Assembly (NCBI RefSeq): GCF_054482525.1
Contig: NZ_CM137006.1
Length of the DNA stretch: 64,000 nt
Strand: one strand, 5' to 3'
Of this stretch, positions 41,401 to 52,400 are shown in pieces. A program made the position numbers and the translations under genes. How positions within the stretch are numbered: position 1 is the stretch's first letter; the number at the start of each line of letters is the position of its first letter. Below the pieces are notes generated by a model, which was not told the DNA's origin, ran no database searches, and was given only the letters and a program-made list of their open reading frames with translations.

Positions 41401-41526
41401 GGGCAGGGCGCGATAACCGATAATCCCGGCGAGTAAGATCGCCACCATCAGCAGCGTGGTGGCGACAGGACGCATAATAAACAGGCGCGACGGGCCGCCT
41501 GTGCTGCTCGGGGGTAACACCTGCAT
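38404..41526 (-). CDS. mdtB: RND multidrug efflux pump subunit MdtB (1040 aa)
   Basis: 1040-aa RND transporter. Confidence 0.96.
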   Translation of the reverse strand: MQVLPPSSTGGPSRLFIMRPVATTLLMVAILLAGIIGYRALPVSALPEVDYPTIQVVTLYPGASPDVMTSAVTAPLERQFGQMSGLKQMSSQSSGGASVITLQFQLTLPLDVAEQEVQAAINAATNLLPSDLPNPPVYSKVNPADPPIMTLAVTSTAMPMTQVEDMVETRVAQKISQISGVGLVTLSGGQRPAVRVKLNAQAIAALGLTSETARTAITGANVNSAKGSLDGPSRAVTLSANDQMQSAEEYRQLIIAYQNGAPIRLGDVATVEQGAENSWLGAWANKEQAIVMNVQRQPGANIISTADSIRQMLPQLTESLPKSVKVTVLSDRTTNIRASVDDTQFELMMAIALVVMIIYLFLRNIPATIIPGVAVPLSLIGTFAVMVFLDFSINNLTLMALTIATGFVVDDAIVVIENISRYIEKGEKPLAAALKGAGEIGFTIISLTFSLIAVLIPLLFMGDIVGRLFREFAITLAVAILISAVVSLTLTPMMCARMLSQESLRKQNRFSRASEKMFDRIIAAYGRGLAKVLNHPWLTLSVALSTLLLSVLLWVFIPKGFFPVQDNGIIQGTLQAPQSSSFANMAQRQRQVADVILQDPAVQSLTSFVGVDGTNPSLNSARLQINLKPLDERDDRVQKVIARLQTAVDKVPGVDLFLQPTQDLTIDTQVSRTQYQFTLQATSLDALSTWVPQLMEKLQQLPQLSDVSSDWQDQGLVAYVNVDRDSASRLGISMADVDNALYNAFGQRLISTIYTQANQYRVVLEHNTENTPGLAALDTIRLTSSDGGVVPLSSIAKIEQRFAPLSINHLDQFPVTTISFNVPDNYSLGDAVQAIMDTEKTLNLPVDITTQFQGSTLAFQSALGSTVWLIVAAVVAMYIVLGILYESFIHPITILSTLPTAGVGALLALMIAGSELDVIAIIGIILLIGIVKKNAIMMIDFALAAEREQGMSPRDAIYQACLLRFRPILMTTLAALLGALPLMLSTGVGAELRRPLGIGMVGGLIVSQVLTLFTTPVIYLLFDRLALWTKSRFARHEEEA

Positions 41527-42773
41527 CAGGAGCGTGCTCCTTTTTTCGCGTATTCGCGGCTGGTGGCTTTCTCTTCCGAAGTGGTGGCGCTCTGGGCTTC
41601 CACCACTTCCACTTTCGCCCCTTCGGTCAGGCGATCAATGCCATCCGTCACTACGCGGTCGCCCGCAGAAATACCTGCGCGGATCACCACTTTCTGACTG
41701 TCCTGAATGCCCGGCGTCACCAGATGTTTGCTGACCTTGTTTTCGCTATTCAGCACCCAGACAAAATGGCCTTCGTTGCCCATTTGCAGAGCGGCGGTGG
41801 GGATCACCACGGCGTTTTGTTCGGTGTCGACTAACATACGCGCGTTAACAAACTGATTGGGAAACAGCGCATCATCCTGATTATTAAAGCGTGCTTTCAC
41901 TTTAATCGTACCGGTAGTGGCATCGATTTGGTTATCGAGACTTAACAGCGTGCCTTCACTTAATTTCTTCGAGTTGGTGCGATCCCAGGCTTCAACAACC
42001 AGCGGTTTTCCGGCTTTTTGCGCCTGTACTACGGTAGCGATATCGCTTTCCGGCAGGGTAAAGAGCAAATCGATAGGATGCGTCTGGGTGATCACCACAA
42101 TCCCGGTGGTATCACCACTGGAGATTTGGTTACCAACATCAACCTGCTTGAGGCCAACGCGACCATCGACTGGTGCGGTAATACGGCTCCAGTCGAGCTG
42201 CAGCTGCGCGCTGGCGACGCTTGCTTCATCAGCCTTAATGGTGCCTTCGGTTTCACTGACCAGCGCTTGTTGGGCATCCAGCTCCTGGCGGGAGACAAGA
42301 TTGGTTTTTGCCAGTTGTTGATAACGCGCCAGGTCACGGCGGGCGTTGGCAAGCGTGGCTTTATCTTTTGCCAGTTGGCCCTGGGCTTGTGCTAATGCAA
42401 CTTTGAACTGGCTTGGGTCAATTTCTGCCAGTAAATCGCCTGCTTTGACCTGCTGGCCTTCCTGGAAATGTAACGCCATCAGTTGACCGTCCACGCGGCT
42501 GCGCACCGTAACGGTATTAGCGGCGGTAATGGTGCCAAGCCCGGTGAGATAACGTGGCACAGCTTGTTCTACGGCAGTCGCCGCCTGAACCGGGGCTAAT
42601 GGGCCGGCACGCATACCACGGCGACCACCCGCTGGCGATTGCTGCGCTTGTTTCGTCGCCCCTGGGGCTGCACTCCGGGAGTCATTGCGGCCTTGCCAGA
42701 ACCAGAATGCGGCGATGGCGGCGATAACCACCACGATTACGATTACCCAACGGGATTTATAACTGCCTTTCAT
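41526..42773 (-). CDS. mdtA: Efflux membrane fusion protein MdtA (415 aa)
   Basis: Start at [16 protein letters not shown] (ATG 42773, revcomp); HlyD-type periplasmic adaptor. Confidence 0.94.
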   Translation of the reverse strand: MKGSYKSRWVIVIVVVIAAIAAFWFWQGRNDSRSAAPGATKQAQQSPAGGRRGMRAGPLAPVQAATAVEQAVPRYLTGLGTITAANTVTVRSRVDGQLMALHFQEGQQVKAGDLLAEIDPSQFKVALAQAQGQLAKDKATLANARRDLARYQQLAKTNLVSRQELDAQQALVSETEGTIKADEASVASAQLQLDWSRITAPVDGRVGLKQVDVGNQISSGDTTGIVVITQTHPIDLLFTLPESDIATVVQAQKAGKPLVVEAWDRTNSKKLSEGTLLSLDNQIDATTGTIKVKARFNNQDDALFPNQFVNARMLVDTEQNAVVIPTAALQMGNEGHFVWVLNSENKVSKHLVTPGIQDSQKVVIRAGISAGDRVVTDGIDRLTEGAKVEVVEAQSATTSEEKATSREYAKKGARS

Positions 42774-42826
42774 CGTTAAGAGTTTCTCTTCCTGAAACGT
42801 TTCGCGGAATGATACTAGTGTAGCCA

Positions 42827-42844
42827 GCCAATAAGGGAGAAAAA
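42827..42844 (-). promoter_or_regulatory. Putative BaeR-binding box upstream of mdtA
   Basis: Reverse complement reads TTTTTCTCCCTTATTGGC, close to the BaeR box consensus as I recall it (TTTTTCTCCATDATTGGC); ~55 bp upstream of the mdtA start. Confidence 0.5.
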
Positions 42845-42999
42845 TGGAGGAATTATGAAACACTATCGGGAATCGTCTGAATGGCGGGCACATTTGCGAG
42901 CACGCATCCAGTAATAACACATGAAACTATTTTATCTACGCGTTAGCGATAGACTACGTGCATGGCGAAAGGAGGTAAGCCGATGATTTCAGCGGGACG

Positions 43000-43150
43000 C
43001 TGAAACGGGAAAGCCCCTCCCGAGGAAGGGGCCATAAATAAGGAAAGGGTCATGATGAAGCTACTCATCATCGTGGTGCTCTTAGTCATTAGCTACCCAG
43101 CATACTAAGACTACCAGGGCGGGGGAAACCCCGCTCTACCCTCACTCCTG
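43000..43150 (-). ncRNA. sibB: SibB antisense sRNA (type I antitoxin), approximate boundaries
   Basis: By established ibs/sib organisation the antisense RNA fully overlaps ibs; reverse-strand hairpin plus U-rich tract near 43009-43031 is consistent with its terminator. Confidence 0.5.
43052..43108 (+). CDS. ibsB: Type I toxin IbsB (18-aa hydrophobic peptide)
   Basis: ATGATGAAG... encodes MMKLLIIVVLLVISYPAY; preceded by AAGGAGG-containing leader. Confidence 0.85.
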   Translation: MMKLLIIVVLLVISYPAY

Positions 43151-43329
43151 AAAGTATGCCTTCACGATAAGATTGTCAATCTGCAGGCTTTGCAGTCTGC
43201 GATCCTGCCAGCAAATATTCTTTGCGAGACGTTACGCAATAATCACACTGGAAACTATTTTATCCGCAAGTCAGCGATAGACTGCATACAGGGCGAAAGG
43301 AGGTAAGCCGACGATTTCAGCGGGACGCT

Positions 43330-43480
43330 GAAACGGGAAACCCTCTCCCGGAGAAGAGGGCTTTTAATAAGGAAAGGGTTATGATGAAGCACGTCATCAT
43401 ACTGGTGATACTCTTAGTGATTAGCTTCCAGGCTTACTAAGAACACCAGGGGGAGGGGGAAACCTCTCCCTAACCCTCAC
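43330..43480 (-). ncRNA. sibA: SibA antisense sRNA (type I antitoxin), approximate boundaries
   Basis: Antisense to ibsA by analogy; hairpin at ~43338-43360. Confidence 0.5.
43381..43440 (+). CDS. ibsA: Type I toxin IbsA (19-aa hydrophobic peptide)
   Basis: Encodes MMKHVIILVILLVISFQAY. Confidence 0.85.
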   Translation: MMKHVIILVILLVISFQAY

Positions 43481-43660
43481 TCCTGAAATTATGTCACTCC
43501 GCCCTTAGTGTCAATCGACGGCTCTCCGTTCTTGCGAGGCGAATAGCAAAATTTTCTGCGCCGCCGGGCCTAATTCTGAAAGTTTCTTCGTTTGCTCTTA
43601 TTTCATTGTTGCAGTCGGTATGATACCGGACCTCGATAATTCTCTAAGAAAGGATTTCTT

Positions 43661-44320
43661 ATGAGCGAACAAATCACGTTTGCCACCAGCGATTTTGCCA
43701 GTAACCCGGAACCACGTTGCCCCTGCATTTTGCTGCTGGATGTTTCTGGCTCGATGAGCGGCAGACCTATTAATGAACTTAATGCCGGATTGGTTACCTT
43801 TCGCGATGAGCTGCTTGCCGACCCGCTGGCCTTAAAAAGAGTGGAACTCGGTATTGTGACGTTCGGCCCGGTGCATGTGGAACAACCATTTACCAGCGCC
43901 GCTAATTTTTTCCCGCCCATCCTGTTTGCCCAGGGCGATACACCAATGGGCGCCGCCATTACCAAAGCCCTGGATATGGTTGAGGAGCGCAAACGTGAGT
44001 ATCGCGCCAATGGTATTTCCTATTATCGTCCGTGGATTTTCCTGATCACTGATGGCGCACCAACCGATGAGTGGCAGGCTGCCGCCAACAAAGTGTTTCA
44101 GGGGGAAGAAGATAAGAAGTTTGCCTTCTTTTCCATCGGTGTTCAGGGGGCGGATATGAAGACTTTGGCACAAATCAGCGTTCGTCAGCCTTTGCCACTG
44201 CAGGGATTACAATTCCGTGAACTGTTTAGCTGGTTATCCAGTTCGCTGCGTTCGGTTTCCCGCTCCACGCCGGGAACTGAAGTTGTGCTGGAAGCGCCAA
44301 AAGGCTGGACGTCAGTGTGA
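43661..44320 (+). CDS. yegL: von Willebrand factor A domain protein YegL (219 aa)
   Basis: vWA MIDAS-like motif [11 protein letters not shown]; 219 aa. Confidence 0.93.
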   Translation: MSEQITFATSDFASNPEPRCPCILLLDVSGSMSGRPINELNAGLVTFRDELLADPLALKRVELGIVTFGPVHVEQPFTSAANFFPPILFAQGDTPMGAAITKALDMVEERKREYRANGISYYRPWIFLITDGAPTDEWQAAANKVFQGEEDKKFAFFSIGVQGADMKTLAQISVRQPLPLQGLQFRELFSWLSSSLRSVSRSTPGTEVVLEAPKGWTSV

Positions 44321-45078
44321 GCTGGCGTCTGGTCTATGCATCAACCGTTGGAACGTCGCACATCAGCGCGGACTTGCCTTGCCAGGATGCCTGCCAGATG
44401 CAGGTTGCCTGGTTAAATGACCAGCAGCCATTATTGTCGGTATTTGTCGCTGATGGCGCAGGCAGTGTCTCGCAGGGTGGCGAAGGCGCGATGCTCGCCG
44501 TCAATGAAGCGATGGCTTATATGTCGCAAAAAGTGCAGGGCGGGGAATTGGGGCTTAATGATGTCCTCGCCACGGATATTGTGCTGACCATTCGTCAGCG
44601 ACTTTTTGCCGAGGCAGAGGCCAAAGAATTAGCGGTTCGCGATTTTGCCTGCACATTTCTGGGACTGATTTCATCGCCTGACGGCACCTTGATTATGCAG
44701 ATTGGCGATGGCGGCGTGGTGGTAGATTTGGGTCACGGTCTGCAATTGCCTCTCACGCCGATGGTGGGTGAATATGCCAATATGACGCACTTCATTACCG
44801 ACGAAGATGCCGTTTCCAGACTGGAAACTTACACCAGTACTGAGCGTGCGCATAAAGTTGCAGCATTTACGGATGGTATTCAGAGGCTGGCGTTAAATAT
44901 GTTGAATAATTCTCCGCATGTGCCTTTTTTTACCCCGTTTTTCAATGGACTGGCGTCAGCAACGCAGGAACAACTCGATTTATTACCTGAATTGTTAAAG
45001 CAGTTTTTGTCCGGCCCGGCGGTAAACGAGCGTACCGATGATGATAAAACGTTGGCACTGGCGCTGTGGTTACCATGA
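44317..45078 (+). CDS. pphC: PP2C-like protein phosphatase YegK/PphC (253 aa)
   Basis: 253-aa ORF overlapping the yegL stop; conserved partner of the yegI kinase. Confidence 0.9.
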   Translation: MSWRLVYASTVGTSHISADLPCQDACQMQVAWLNDQQPLLSVFVADGAGSVSQGGEGAMLAVNEAMAYMSQKVQGGELGLNDVLATDIVLTIRQRLFAEAEAKELAVRDFACTFLGLISSPDGTLIMQIGDGGVVVDLGHGLQLPLTPMVGEYANMTHFITDEDAVSRLETYTSTERAHKVAAFTDGIQRLALNMLNNSPHVPFFTPFFNGLASATQEQLDLLPELLKQFLSGPAVNERTDDDKTLALALWLP

Positions 45079-47015
45079 AACCCACTTTATATACTGCTAC
45101 TGGTGAGTGCGTTACGCCAGGCTGTGAACTGGGCAAAGGTGGCGAAGGCGCGGTTTATGATATCGAGGAGTTTGTCGATAGCGTCGCCAAGATTTATCAC
45201 ACGCCGCCACCCGCCTTAAAACAGGACAAACTTGCCTTTATGGCTGCGACAGCTGATGCGCAGTTGCTGAATTATGTCGCCTGGCCGCAGGCAACGCTTC
45301 ACGGTGGACGAGGCGGAAAAGTTATCGGTTTTATGATGCCAAAAGTTTCTGGTAAAGAACCGATTCATATGATCTATAGCCCGGCACATCGTCGCCAGAG
45401 TTACCCTCATTGTGCGTGGGATTTTCTACTCTATGTTGCGCGCAATATTGCGTCATCTTTTGCTACGGTTCACGAGCACGGGCATGTCGTGGGTGACGTA
45501 AACCAGAACAGCTTTATGGTAGGCCGTGACAGCAAAGTGGTATTGATTGATAGCGACTCCTTTCAGATTAACGCCAATGGAACGCTGCATTTATGCGAAG
45601 TCGGCGTGTCGCATTTTACGCCGCCAGAGCTGCAAACATTGCCATCATTTGTCGGCTTTGAACGCACCGCGAATCACGATAATTTTGGCCTTGCGTTGCT
45701 GATTTTTCACGTCTTGTTTGGTGGTCGGCATCCTTATTCCGGTGTACCGCTTATCTCTGATGCGGGTAATGCGCTGGAGACGGATATTGCCCATTTCCGT
45801 TATGCCTACGCGTCAGATAATCAGCGACGTGGTTTAAAACCGCCGCCACGATCGATACCGCTGTCGATGTTACCGGGCGATGTTGAAGCCATGTTTCAGC
45901 AGGCATTCACGGAAAGTGGCGTGGCAACCGGGCGTCCGACGGCAAAAGCGTGGGTATCAGCACTGGATTCTCTACGCCAACAGTTAAAGAAATGTACCGT
46001 TTCGGCAATGCATGTTTATCCTGCTCATTTGACCGACTGCCCGTGGTGTACGCTGGATAATCAAGGCGTTATCTATTTTATTGATCTCGGCGAAGAGGTC
46101 ATTACCACCAGTGGTGATTTTGTGCTGGCGAAAGTCTGGGCGATGGTGATGGCGTCAGTAGCACCGCCAGCATTGCAATTGCCATTACCCGATCATTTCC
46201 AACCGACTGGCCGGCCGCTTCCTTTAGGCCTGTTACGGCGCGAATACATCATTCTGATTGAGATCGCACTGTCAGCTTTATCGCTGTTGCTTTGCGGTCT
46301 TCAGGCAGAACCGCGTTATATTATTTTGGTTCCTGTGCTGGCGGCTATCTGGATTATTGGCAGTCTGACAAGCAAAGCTTATAAAGCAGAAATCCAGCAA
46401 CGCCGTGAGGCATTTAATCGCGCGAAAATGGACTATGACCATTTAGTCAGCCAGATCCAGCAGGTGGGCGGGCTGGAAGGTTTTATCGCCAAACGGACGA
46501 TGCTCGAAAAAATGAAGGACGAAATGCTCGGGTTACCGGAAGAAGAAAAACGTGCTCTGGCAGCACTTCACGACACCGCAAGGGAACGGCAGAAGCAGAA
46601 GTTTCTGGAGGGATTTTTTATTGATGTTGCCTCTATTCCCGGCGTTGGCCCTGCGCGTAAAGCGGCGTTACGGTCCTTTGGTATTGAAACAGCAGCGGAT
46701 GTTACCCGTCGTGGGGTTAAGCAAGTGAAAGGGTTTGGTGATCATCTGACCCAGGCGGTTATCGACTGGAAAGCGAGTTGCGAACGCCGTTTTGTGTTCA
46801 GGCCGAACGAAGCGGTAACGCCTGCAGACAGACAAGCGGTAATGGCAAAAATGACCGCCAAACGACATCGGCTGGAATCGGCGTTGACTGTCGGCGCGAC
46901 AGAGTTGCAGCGATTCCGCCTTCATGCTCCAGCACGGACCATGCCGTTGATGGAACCGTTACGTCAGGCGGCAGAAAAACTGGCTCAGGCGCAGGCTGAT
47001 TTAAGCCGTTGCTGA
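45066..47015 (+). CDS. yegI: Ser/Thr protein kinase-like protein YegI (649 aa) with C-terminal membrane/coiled-coil region
   Basis: Kinase-like N-terminal domain (HGHVVGDVNQNSFMV catalytic-loop-like, DSDSF), TM segments, C-terminal region. Confidence 0.92.
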   Translation: MVTMKPTLYTATGECVTPGCELGKGGEGAVYDIEEFVDSVAKIYHTPPPALKQDKLAFMAATADAQLLNYVAWPQATLHGGRGGKVIGFMMPKVSGKEPIHMIYSPAHRRQSYPHCAWDFLLYVARNIASSFATVHEHGHVVGDVNQNSFMVGRDSKVVLIDSDSFQINANGTLHLCEVGVSHFTPPELQTLPSFVGFERTANHDNFGLALLIFHVLFGGRHPYSGVPLISDAGNALETDIAHFRYAYASDNQRRGLKPPPRSIPLSMLPGDVEAMFQQAFTESGVATGRPTAKAWVSALDSLRQQLKKCTVSAMHVYPAHLTDCPWCTLDNQGVIYFIDLGEEVITTSGDFVLAKVWAMVMASVAPPALQLPLPDHFQPTGRPLPLGLLRREYIILIEIALSALSLLLCGLQAEPRYIILVPVLAAIWIIGSLTSKAYKAEIQQRREAFNRAKMDYDHLVSQIQQVGGLEGFIAKRTMLEKMKDEMLGLPEEEKRALAALHDTARERQKQKFLEGFFIDVASIPGVGPARKAALRSFGIETAADVTRRGVKQVKGFGDHLTQAVIDWKASCERRFVFRPNEAVTPADRQAVMAKMTAKRHRLESALTVGATELQRFRLHAPARTMPLMEPLRQAAEKLAQAQADLSRC

Positions 47016-47027
47016 GCCAGTTTTCAA

Positions 47028-48380
47028 TTAACGAAACACCACTTCCGCCCAGCGTGCCAGCCCGGCGGTGACGGAGCCAAAGTCATCGCCACCTGCAATC
47101 GGAATGCCCGGCAACTGTTCTGTCAGCGCTTTTTTAATCAGCGGTGAACGGGCGCTACCGCCAGTTAGGTAGATAACGTCCGGTTTTTCCTGGGCGTTAT
47201 CCAGCGCCAGTTGCACCTGTTCCAGAATCCGCGCCAGTGGCTGGTTGAGGGCGCTTTCCAGCCCTTGCTGGCTAATCAGCGTAGCCAGTTCATCGCTGAT
47301 AAACGGTAGTGAGGCGCGGGTTTCCGCTACGCTTGAAAGGGCGATTTTGCTCTCTTCTGCACTGCGCACCAGGCGATAGCTTAAACGCTGACGCCAGACT
47401 TTCTGTAACAGGGCCACTTTTTCCGGTTCGCGGGCATCGCGTACCAGATCGTTAAGCAGACGACCGTTGGCACTACTGTAGAAATCACTTTGCGCAGGTA
47501 CGTCGTTGATGGCAACCGCATTCCACCACGGCAGAATCGGCAGGGCGATGCCTTTTTCGGTTTCGCCACCCATGCCAAGTAACGGCATCAGGTTTTTAAA
47601 CGCCAGCGCGATATCCAGATCGTTACCACCAATACGGCAACCACTGTGACCCAGCAGGCTGGCTTCACGATCGAGACGCGAACGCCACTGCGGCCCCATC
47701 AGCAGCAATGAACAGTCAGTCGTACCACCGCCGATATCCACCACCAGCACCCGTTTTTCTTCCTGCAAGGTGGCTTCGTAATCCAGCCCAGCCGCGACCG
47801 GCTCGTACTGGAATACCACATCCTTAAACCCGGCACGCTTTGCCGCGCGTTCCAGAATCCCTTGCGCCTGGGTGTTTGCTTCATCGCCGCCCAGCCCCTG
47901 GAAGTTGATCGGGCGACCAATCACCGCCTGAGTAATCGCATCCGGCAGCTGCGCCTGCGCCTGCTGGCGAATGTGCAACATCATTGCGCAGACCAGATCC
48001 TCAAACAGCGCTACCTGCTGCGGTTTTAAGCCGCTGGCACCGAGGAATGATTTTGGTGATTTCACAAACCACACCTCTTCTGGATCATCAATGTACTGTG
48101 CCAGTGAGGAAAGACCGAACTGCACGCTTTTCGCCGTAACATCGATATCTTCTTCGCGGTTATAACGAATCGCCCGACGCAACAGCGCCTGCGTTTCATC
48201 GTCGTCTGCCGGAACATCATGATGGCGGTACAGCCATTCGCTTACCGCTTCACGCGTTGGCGCGCAAAGCATTGAAGGCAGCAGCGTGCTGTCGTTTTCC
48301 ATTTTCAGTAATTGCGGCTTACCGTCGCGCATGACCGCCACTGAACAGTTTGCTGTACCGTAATCAAAACCAATAAACAC
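47028..48380 (-). CDS. yegD: Hsp70-family (actin-like ATPase) protein YegD (450 aa)
   Basis: Start taken at GTG giving MFIGFDYGTANCSVAV; DnaK-like phosphate-binding motifs (VVDIGGGTTD). Confidence 0.9.
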   Translation of the reverse strand: MFIGFDYGTANCSVAVMRDGKPQLLKMENDSTLLPSMLCAPTREAVSEWLYRHHDVPADDDETQALLRRAIRYNREEDIDVTAKSVQFGLSSLAQYIDDPEEVWFVKSPKSFLGASGLKPQQVALFEDLVCAMMLHIRQQAQAQLPDAITQAVIGRPINFQGLGGDEANTQAQGILERAAKRAGFKDVVFQYEPVAAGLDYEATLQEEKRVLVVDIGGGTTDCSLLLMGPQWRSRLDREASLLGHSGCRIGGNDLDIALAFKNLMPLLGMGGETEKGIALPILPWWNAVAINDVPAQSDFYSSANGRLLNDLVRDAREPEKVALLQKVWRQRLSYRLVRSAEESKIALSSVAETRASLPFISDELATLISQQGLESALNQPLARILEQVQLALDNAQEKPDVIYLTGGSARSPLIKKALTEQLPGIPIAGGDDFGSVTAGLARWAEVVFR

Positions 48381-48513
48381 GAAATAATCCCCATGCCGGT
48401 GAAGAAGGGGCGTGACTTTAGCGAAATGTTGCCGTCGCGACAACCGGAATATGAAAGCAAAGCGTAGCGTCTGAATAACGTTTATGCTGAAAGCGGATTA
48501 ACAAGGAGATGCG

Positions 48514-49371
48514 ATGTATACCCTGAACTGGCAGCCGCCATATGACTGGTCGTGGATGTTGGGATTTCTCGCCGCCCGTGCGGTGAACGGTGTGGAAACG
48601 GTCGCTGACGATTATTATGCCCGTAGTCTGGCGGTGGGCGAATATCGCGGCGTGGTGACTGCTATTCCGGATATAGCCCGCCATACTCTGCACATAAATT
48701 TAAGTGCAGGTTTAGAACCTGTTGCCGCAGAGTGTCTGGCGAAAATGAGCCGCCTGTTTGATCTGCAATGTAACCCGCAGATTGTTAACGGTGCGTTGGG
48801 CAAGTTAGGCGCGGCGCGGCCCGGATTGCGTTTACCCGGCAGTGTTGATGCTTTTGAGCAGGGCGTGCGGGCGATTTTAGGCCAACTGGTGAGCGTGGCG
48901 ATGGCGGCAAAATTGACCGCCAGAGTGGCACAGCTTTATGGCGAACGGCTGGATGATTTTCCGGATTATGTCTGCTTCCCCACGCCTCAGCGGCTGGCTG
49001 CAGCCGACCCGCAGGCATTAAAAGCGTTAGGTATGCCGTTGAAACGGGCAGAGGCACTGATTCATCTGGCAAATGCGGCGCTGGAGGGCACCTTACCAAT
49101 GACAATTCCGGGCGACGTAGAGCAAGCGATGAAAACGCTGCAAACTTTTCCGGGTATCGGGCGCTGGACGGCGAATTATTTCGCCTTACGTGGCTGGCAG
49201 GCGAAAGATGTTTTCCTGCCGGATGATTATCTGATTAAACAGCGATTTCCGGGAATGACACCGGCACAAATCCGCCGTTATGCCGAACGCTGGAAGCCCT
49301 GGCGTTCTTATGCGCTGTTGCATATCTGGTATACGGAAGGCTGGCAACCAGACGGAACGGACGAATTGTAG
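48514..49371 (+). CDS. alkA: 3-methyladenine DNA glycosylase II AlkA
   Basis: 285-aa ORF with HhH-GPD glycosylase motif (FPGIGRWTANYFALRG). Confidence 0.95.
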   Translation: MYTLNWQPPYDWSWMLGFLAARAVNGVETVADDYYARSLAVGEYRGVVTAIPDIARHTLHINLSAGLEPVAAECLAKMSRLFDLQCNPQIVNGALGKLGAARPGLRLPGSVDAFEQGVRAILGQLVSVAMAAKLTARVAQLYGERLDDFPDYVCFPTPQRLAAADPQALKALGMPLKRAEALIHLANAALEGTLPMTIPGDVEQAMKTLQTFPGIGRWTANYFALRGWQAKDVFLPDDYLIKQRFPGMTPAQIRRYAERWKPWRSYALLHIWYTEGWQPDGTDEL

Positions 49372-49392
49372 GCCTGATACGCCGCATCAGGC
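49372..49392. terminator. REP-like hairpin between convergent alkA and dgcE
   Basis: gcctgat-acgccgc-atcaggc inverted repeat. Confidence 0.35.
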
Positions 49393-49408
49393 GATGGGGA
49401 AGCACGCC

Positions 49409-52400
49409 TTAGTTAATCGCGAAATAACTGCTATTCACCAGCAAATCCAGCGGTTGGGCATCGGCAATCACATCGCCATAAATCAGATCGACGCCGATGC
49501 CAGAAAGCGTATCCATCACCAGGGGTAAAACTACTGGCCCGGCGATGGTCTTCATCCCGAGCCGCTGAGCGTGCCCCTGAATGATCGTAATCAGCATCTC
49601 ATCCATCAAATTTCCCTGCACGTTGGCGCATAACTCACCATCAAGTAGCAGGTAATCTGCCATATTCGCTTTCAGCGAGTTGAAGATTTGCAGATCGCGG
49701 CCCACCTGACTGAATACGATCCGACATCCCGCCAGCCGCAGTTTTTGCACGTTTTCTGCGTGATCTAAAATCGCGTCTGCCGGAATAATCAGATGTAATA
49801 ACCGTGGTGGTAGAGGGCTATTTTCCAGCTGCTCAAGTAGTTCATTCACCAGCGTGGCGCTACTCAAACCGGCAACGGAAAGGGGGAGGGCGATGCTTAA
49901 GCCTTTACTGGCAACCGCTTTTGCGGCCTGCTGGAAAAAATCGTGGAATACCCGTCGGTCAAGAGCATGGCTAAGTGCCGGATCGCTGAAGCTACGACGA
50001 AATGTTTGTTCATCAATAATCTCGCCTTCGCAACTCCAGAGCTTAAGTGAAATCAGCCACAAATTACGTGCTTCCGGGATCCGCGGCGAAGCGACACCGT
50101 GGGCGATCATCATCAACTGATTTTCTTTAATCATCCGCCACTGTTCATCAAGCGATATCGCCGCCCGTTCGCTATGTGTGGCAGCTTGCTGCGGTTCGTA
50201 AATCGTCACCCGGCCCCGTCCACCATTTTTGGAGGCATAACAGGCGATATCAGCCTGCGACATCACTTCAGCTGCCTGATGATTGTTGTCATCAATCAAG
50301 GTAATCCCGGCACTGGCACCTACCCGATGTACTCGTCCTTCCCAGATAAAGTGATAGTCATTCACGGCGCTGATAATGCGTGTAGCGATAAAACGCGCAC
50401 TTTCTACATTACAATCTGGCAGCAGCAGACCAAATTCATCGCCACCGAGTCGCGCCAGCACGTCGCTGGAGCGCAGCATACTCAGCATCAACGACGCCAG
50501 TTCGCGCAGCAAAGCGTCGCCAGCGGCGTGCCCGGCGCTGTCATTCACCGCTTTAAAGCGATCAAGATCGATAAACACCAGTGCATGTCGCTGATGTGTA
50601 CTGTTTACCGTTTGCAGCAGGATGCGTAGTTGCTTCTCAAAACTGGCGCGATTGGCGAGATGCGTCAGTGCATCATGGGAGGCGCTGTAGCTCAGCTGGC
50701 GCAGCATTTTGCGTGATTCGGTGACGTCCTGAATCACCAGAACCGAGCCTATATTGCTGCCGTCCAGAGTACTTAACGGCGTAATACTGTAATGCACGTC
50801 GTAGCTGCCGCCGCTCCGACAGTGCAACACCACATCTTGTTCAATCGCGGAACGTGAGGTGTCGGCACTGTAAATGTTCTCCATTAATGGTCCGTTGTCG
50901 CCAAAAGTAATATGCAACACCGTCAGGAGCGGAACACCTAATGCTTCTTCCTGCGTCCAGCCGCTCATCTTCTCCGCCACCGGATTCATAAAGGTAATTT
51001 TCATCGCCATATCAATACAGACCACGGCTTCACCGATGGAGTCCAGCGTAATGTGCAGGCGCTCTTTTTCCTGAAACAATGCCTCGTTAAGCTGTTTCAC
51101 TTCGGTCATATCCATATTAATGCCGAGCAGGCGTTCGACTTCGCCTTCTTTATTCAGTACCCGGTTAGCGAGGGCGCGGATATGGCGGATGCCATCTTTC
51201 ACGGCAATGCGAAATTCCAGCTTAAAGGGCGAGCGTGATTGCAACGAATCACGAATCACTTTTTCGGCATGCTGGCGATCTTCCGGCAGCACGCACTCGT
51301 ACCACACCTGCCAGTTCGGTTTGATATGTGGAGGAATTTCATACAGCTCGAACATCCGCTTATCCCAGCTAAAAATATTCGGCTTCAACTCCCACTCCCA
51401 GATGCCAATCCCGCCCGCTTCGTTAGCCAGCGTGATGCGCTCCATCAGTTGCTGGTTCACCTGTTCGGTGCGTTTTAGCTCGTTAATGTCTTCAATCTGA
51501 GCGATAAAATAGAGCGGCGTACCATCGGTGTGGCGCACCAGTGAGACGGCAAGCAACGCCCAGACAACATCGCCATTGCGGTTGTAGTAGCGTTTTTCCA
51601 TTGAATAGGTGTTTATTTCACCGCTGATCAGCTTTTCAACCTGTTGCAGATCTTTATTGAGATCCTCCGGCCAGGTCAGTTGCTGAAAGGTGAGTCCGCG
51701 CAGTTCTTCCTGACTGTAACCGAGAAACTGGCAGAGCGCTTTGTTGGATTGCAGCCATTGCCCCTCGGTGCCCACTAATGCCATGCCGATGGCGGAATAT
51801 TCCATCGCGTTACGAAAGCGGGTTTCGCTTTCAGAGATGTGTTTGCGTTCCGCACGAAAGGCATACATCACCATCGTCATGATGTTGGCGGGCAGCAGGA
51901 TCAGCAAAAACGGTAGCCACGGCATATGGCTCATCAGGTATGTACGCGGCGTAGCAAGCAGGGAGGGATCCGCGGCCATCATCAGTGACACCATCATCAC
52001 CGTGGTAAGGAAGATCAAAAAGGCTTCCATTCGTGGCAGGCGCACGGCGCTCCACATCAACAGCACAATAATGAAAGTAAAAGGCCACGGCAGATACAGC
52101 ATCGAAAGCCAGCTTAACGTCAGTGTGATGGCCAACGTGAGCAGCGACTCAAAAAGCAACCGTGGGTTGCGATGGCGCAGCAGATAGTGTGGTTTAAATA
52201 ACAATCCCAGTGGCACCAGTGCCAGTGCGCCGATGGATTCTGACAGTACCCATATCAAAAATGCCCTGAGAGGATCGTCTCCGGGCGTCAGCAGGATAAC
52301 CAGAACACCCCCTAACAGAGGTGGAACAATGGCGCTGCCGAGTGCCAGACGCAGCCAGTCAGCCAGATTTTGCAATGGGTTATACCACGGCAGCAATATA

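Larger units (their letters stand above)
42917..43160. repeat. ibs/sib tandem repeat unit 1 (ibsB/sibB locus)
   Basis: ~245-bp unit repeated at 43243-43495 with point differences; each contains one ibs ORF. Confidence 0.8.
43243..43495. repeat. ibs/sib tandem repeat unit 2 (ibsA/sibA locus)
   Basis: Second copy of the ~245-bp unit. Confidence 0.8.

Noticed and set aside
35326-41526. Many 60-170-aa ORFs on both strands within mdtB and mdtC
   Set aside because: All overlap the long, well-supported RND transporter genes; no independent start signals; spurious open frames in GC-rich DNA.
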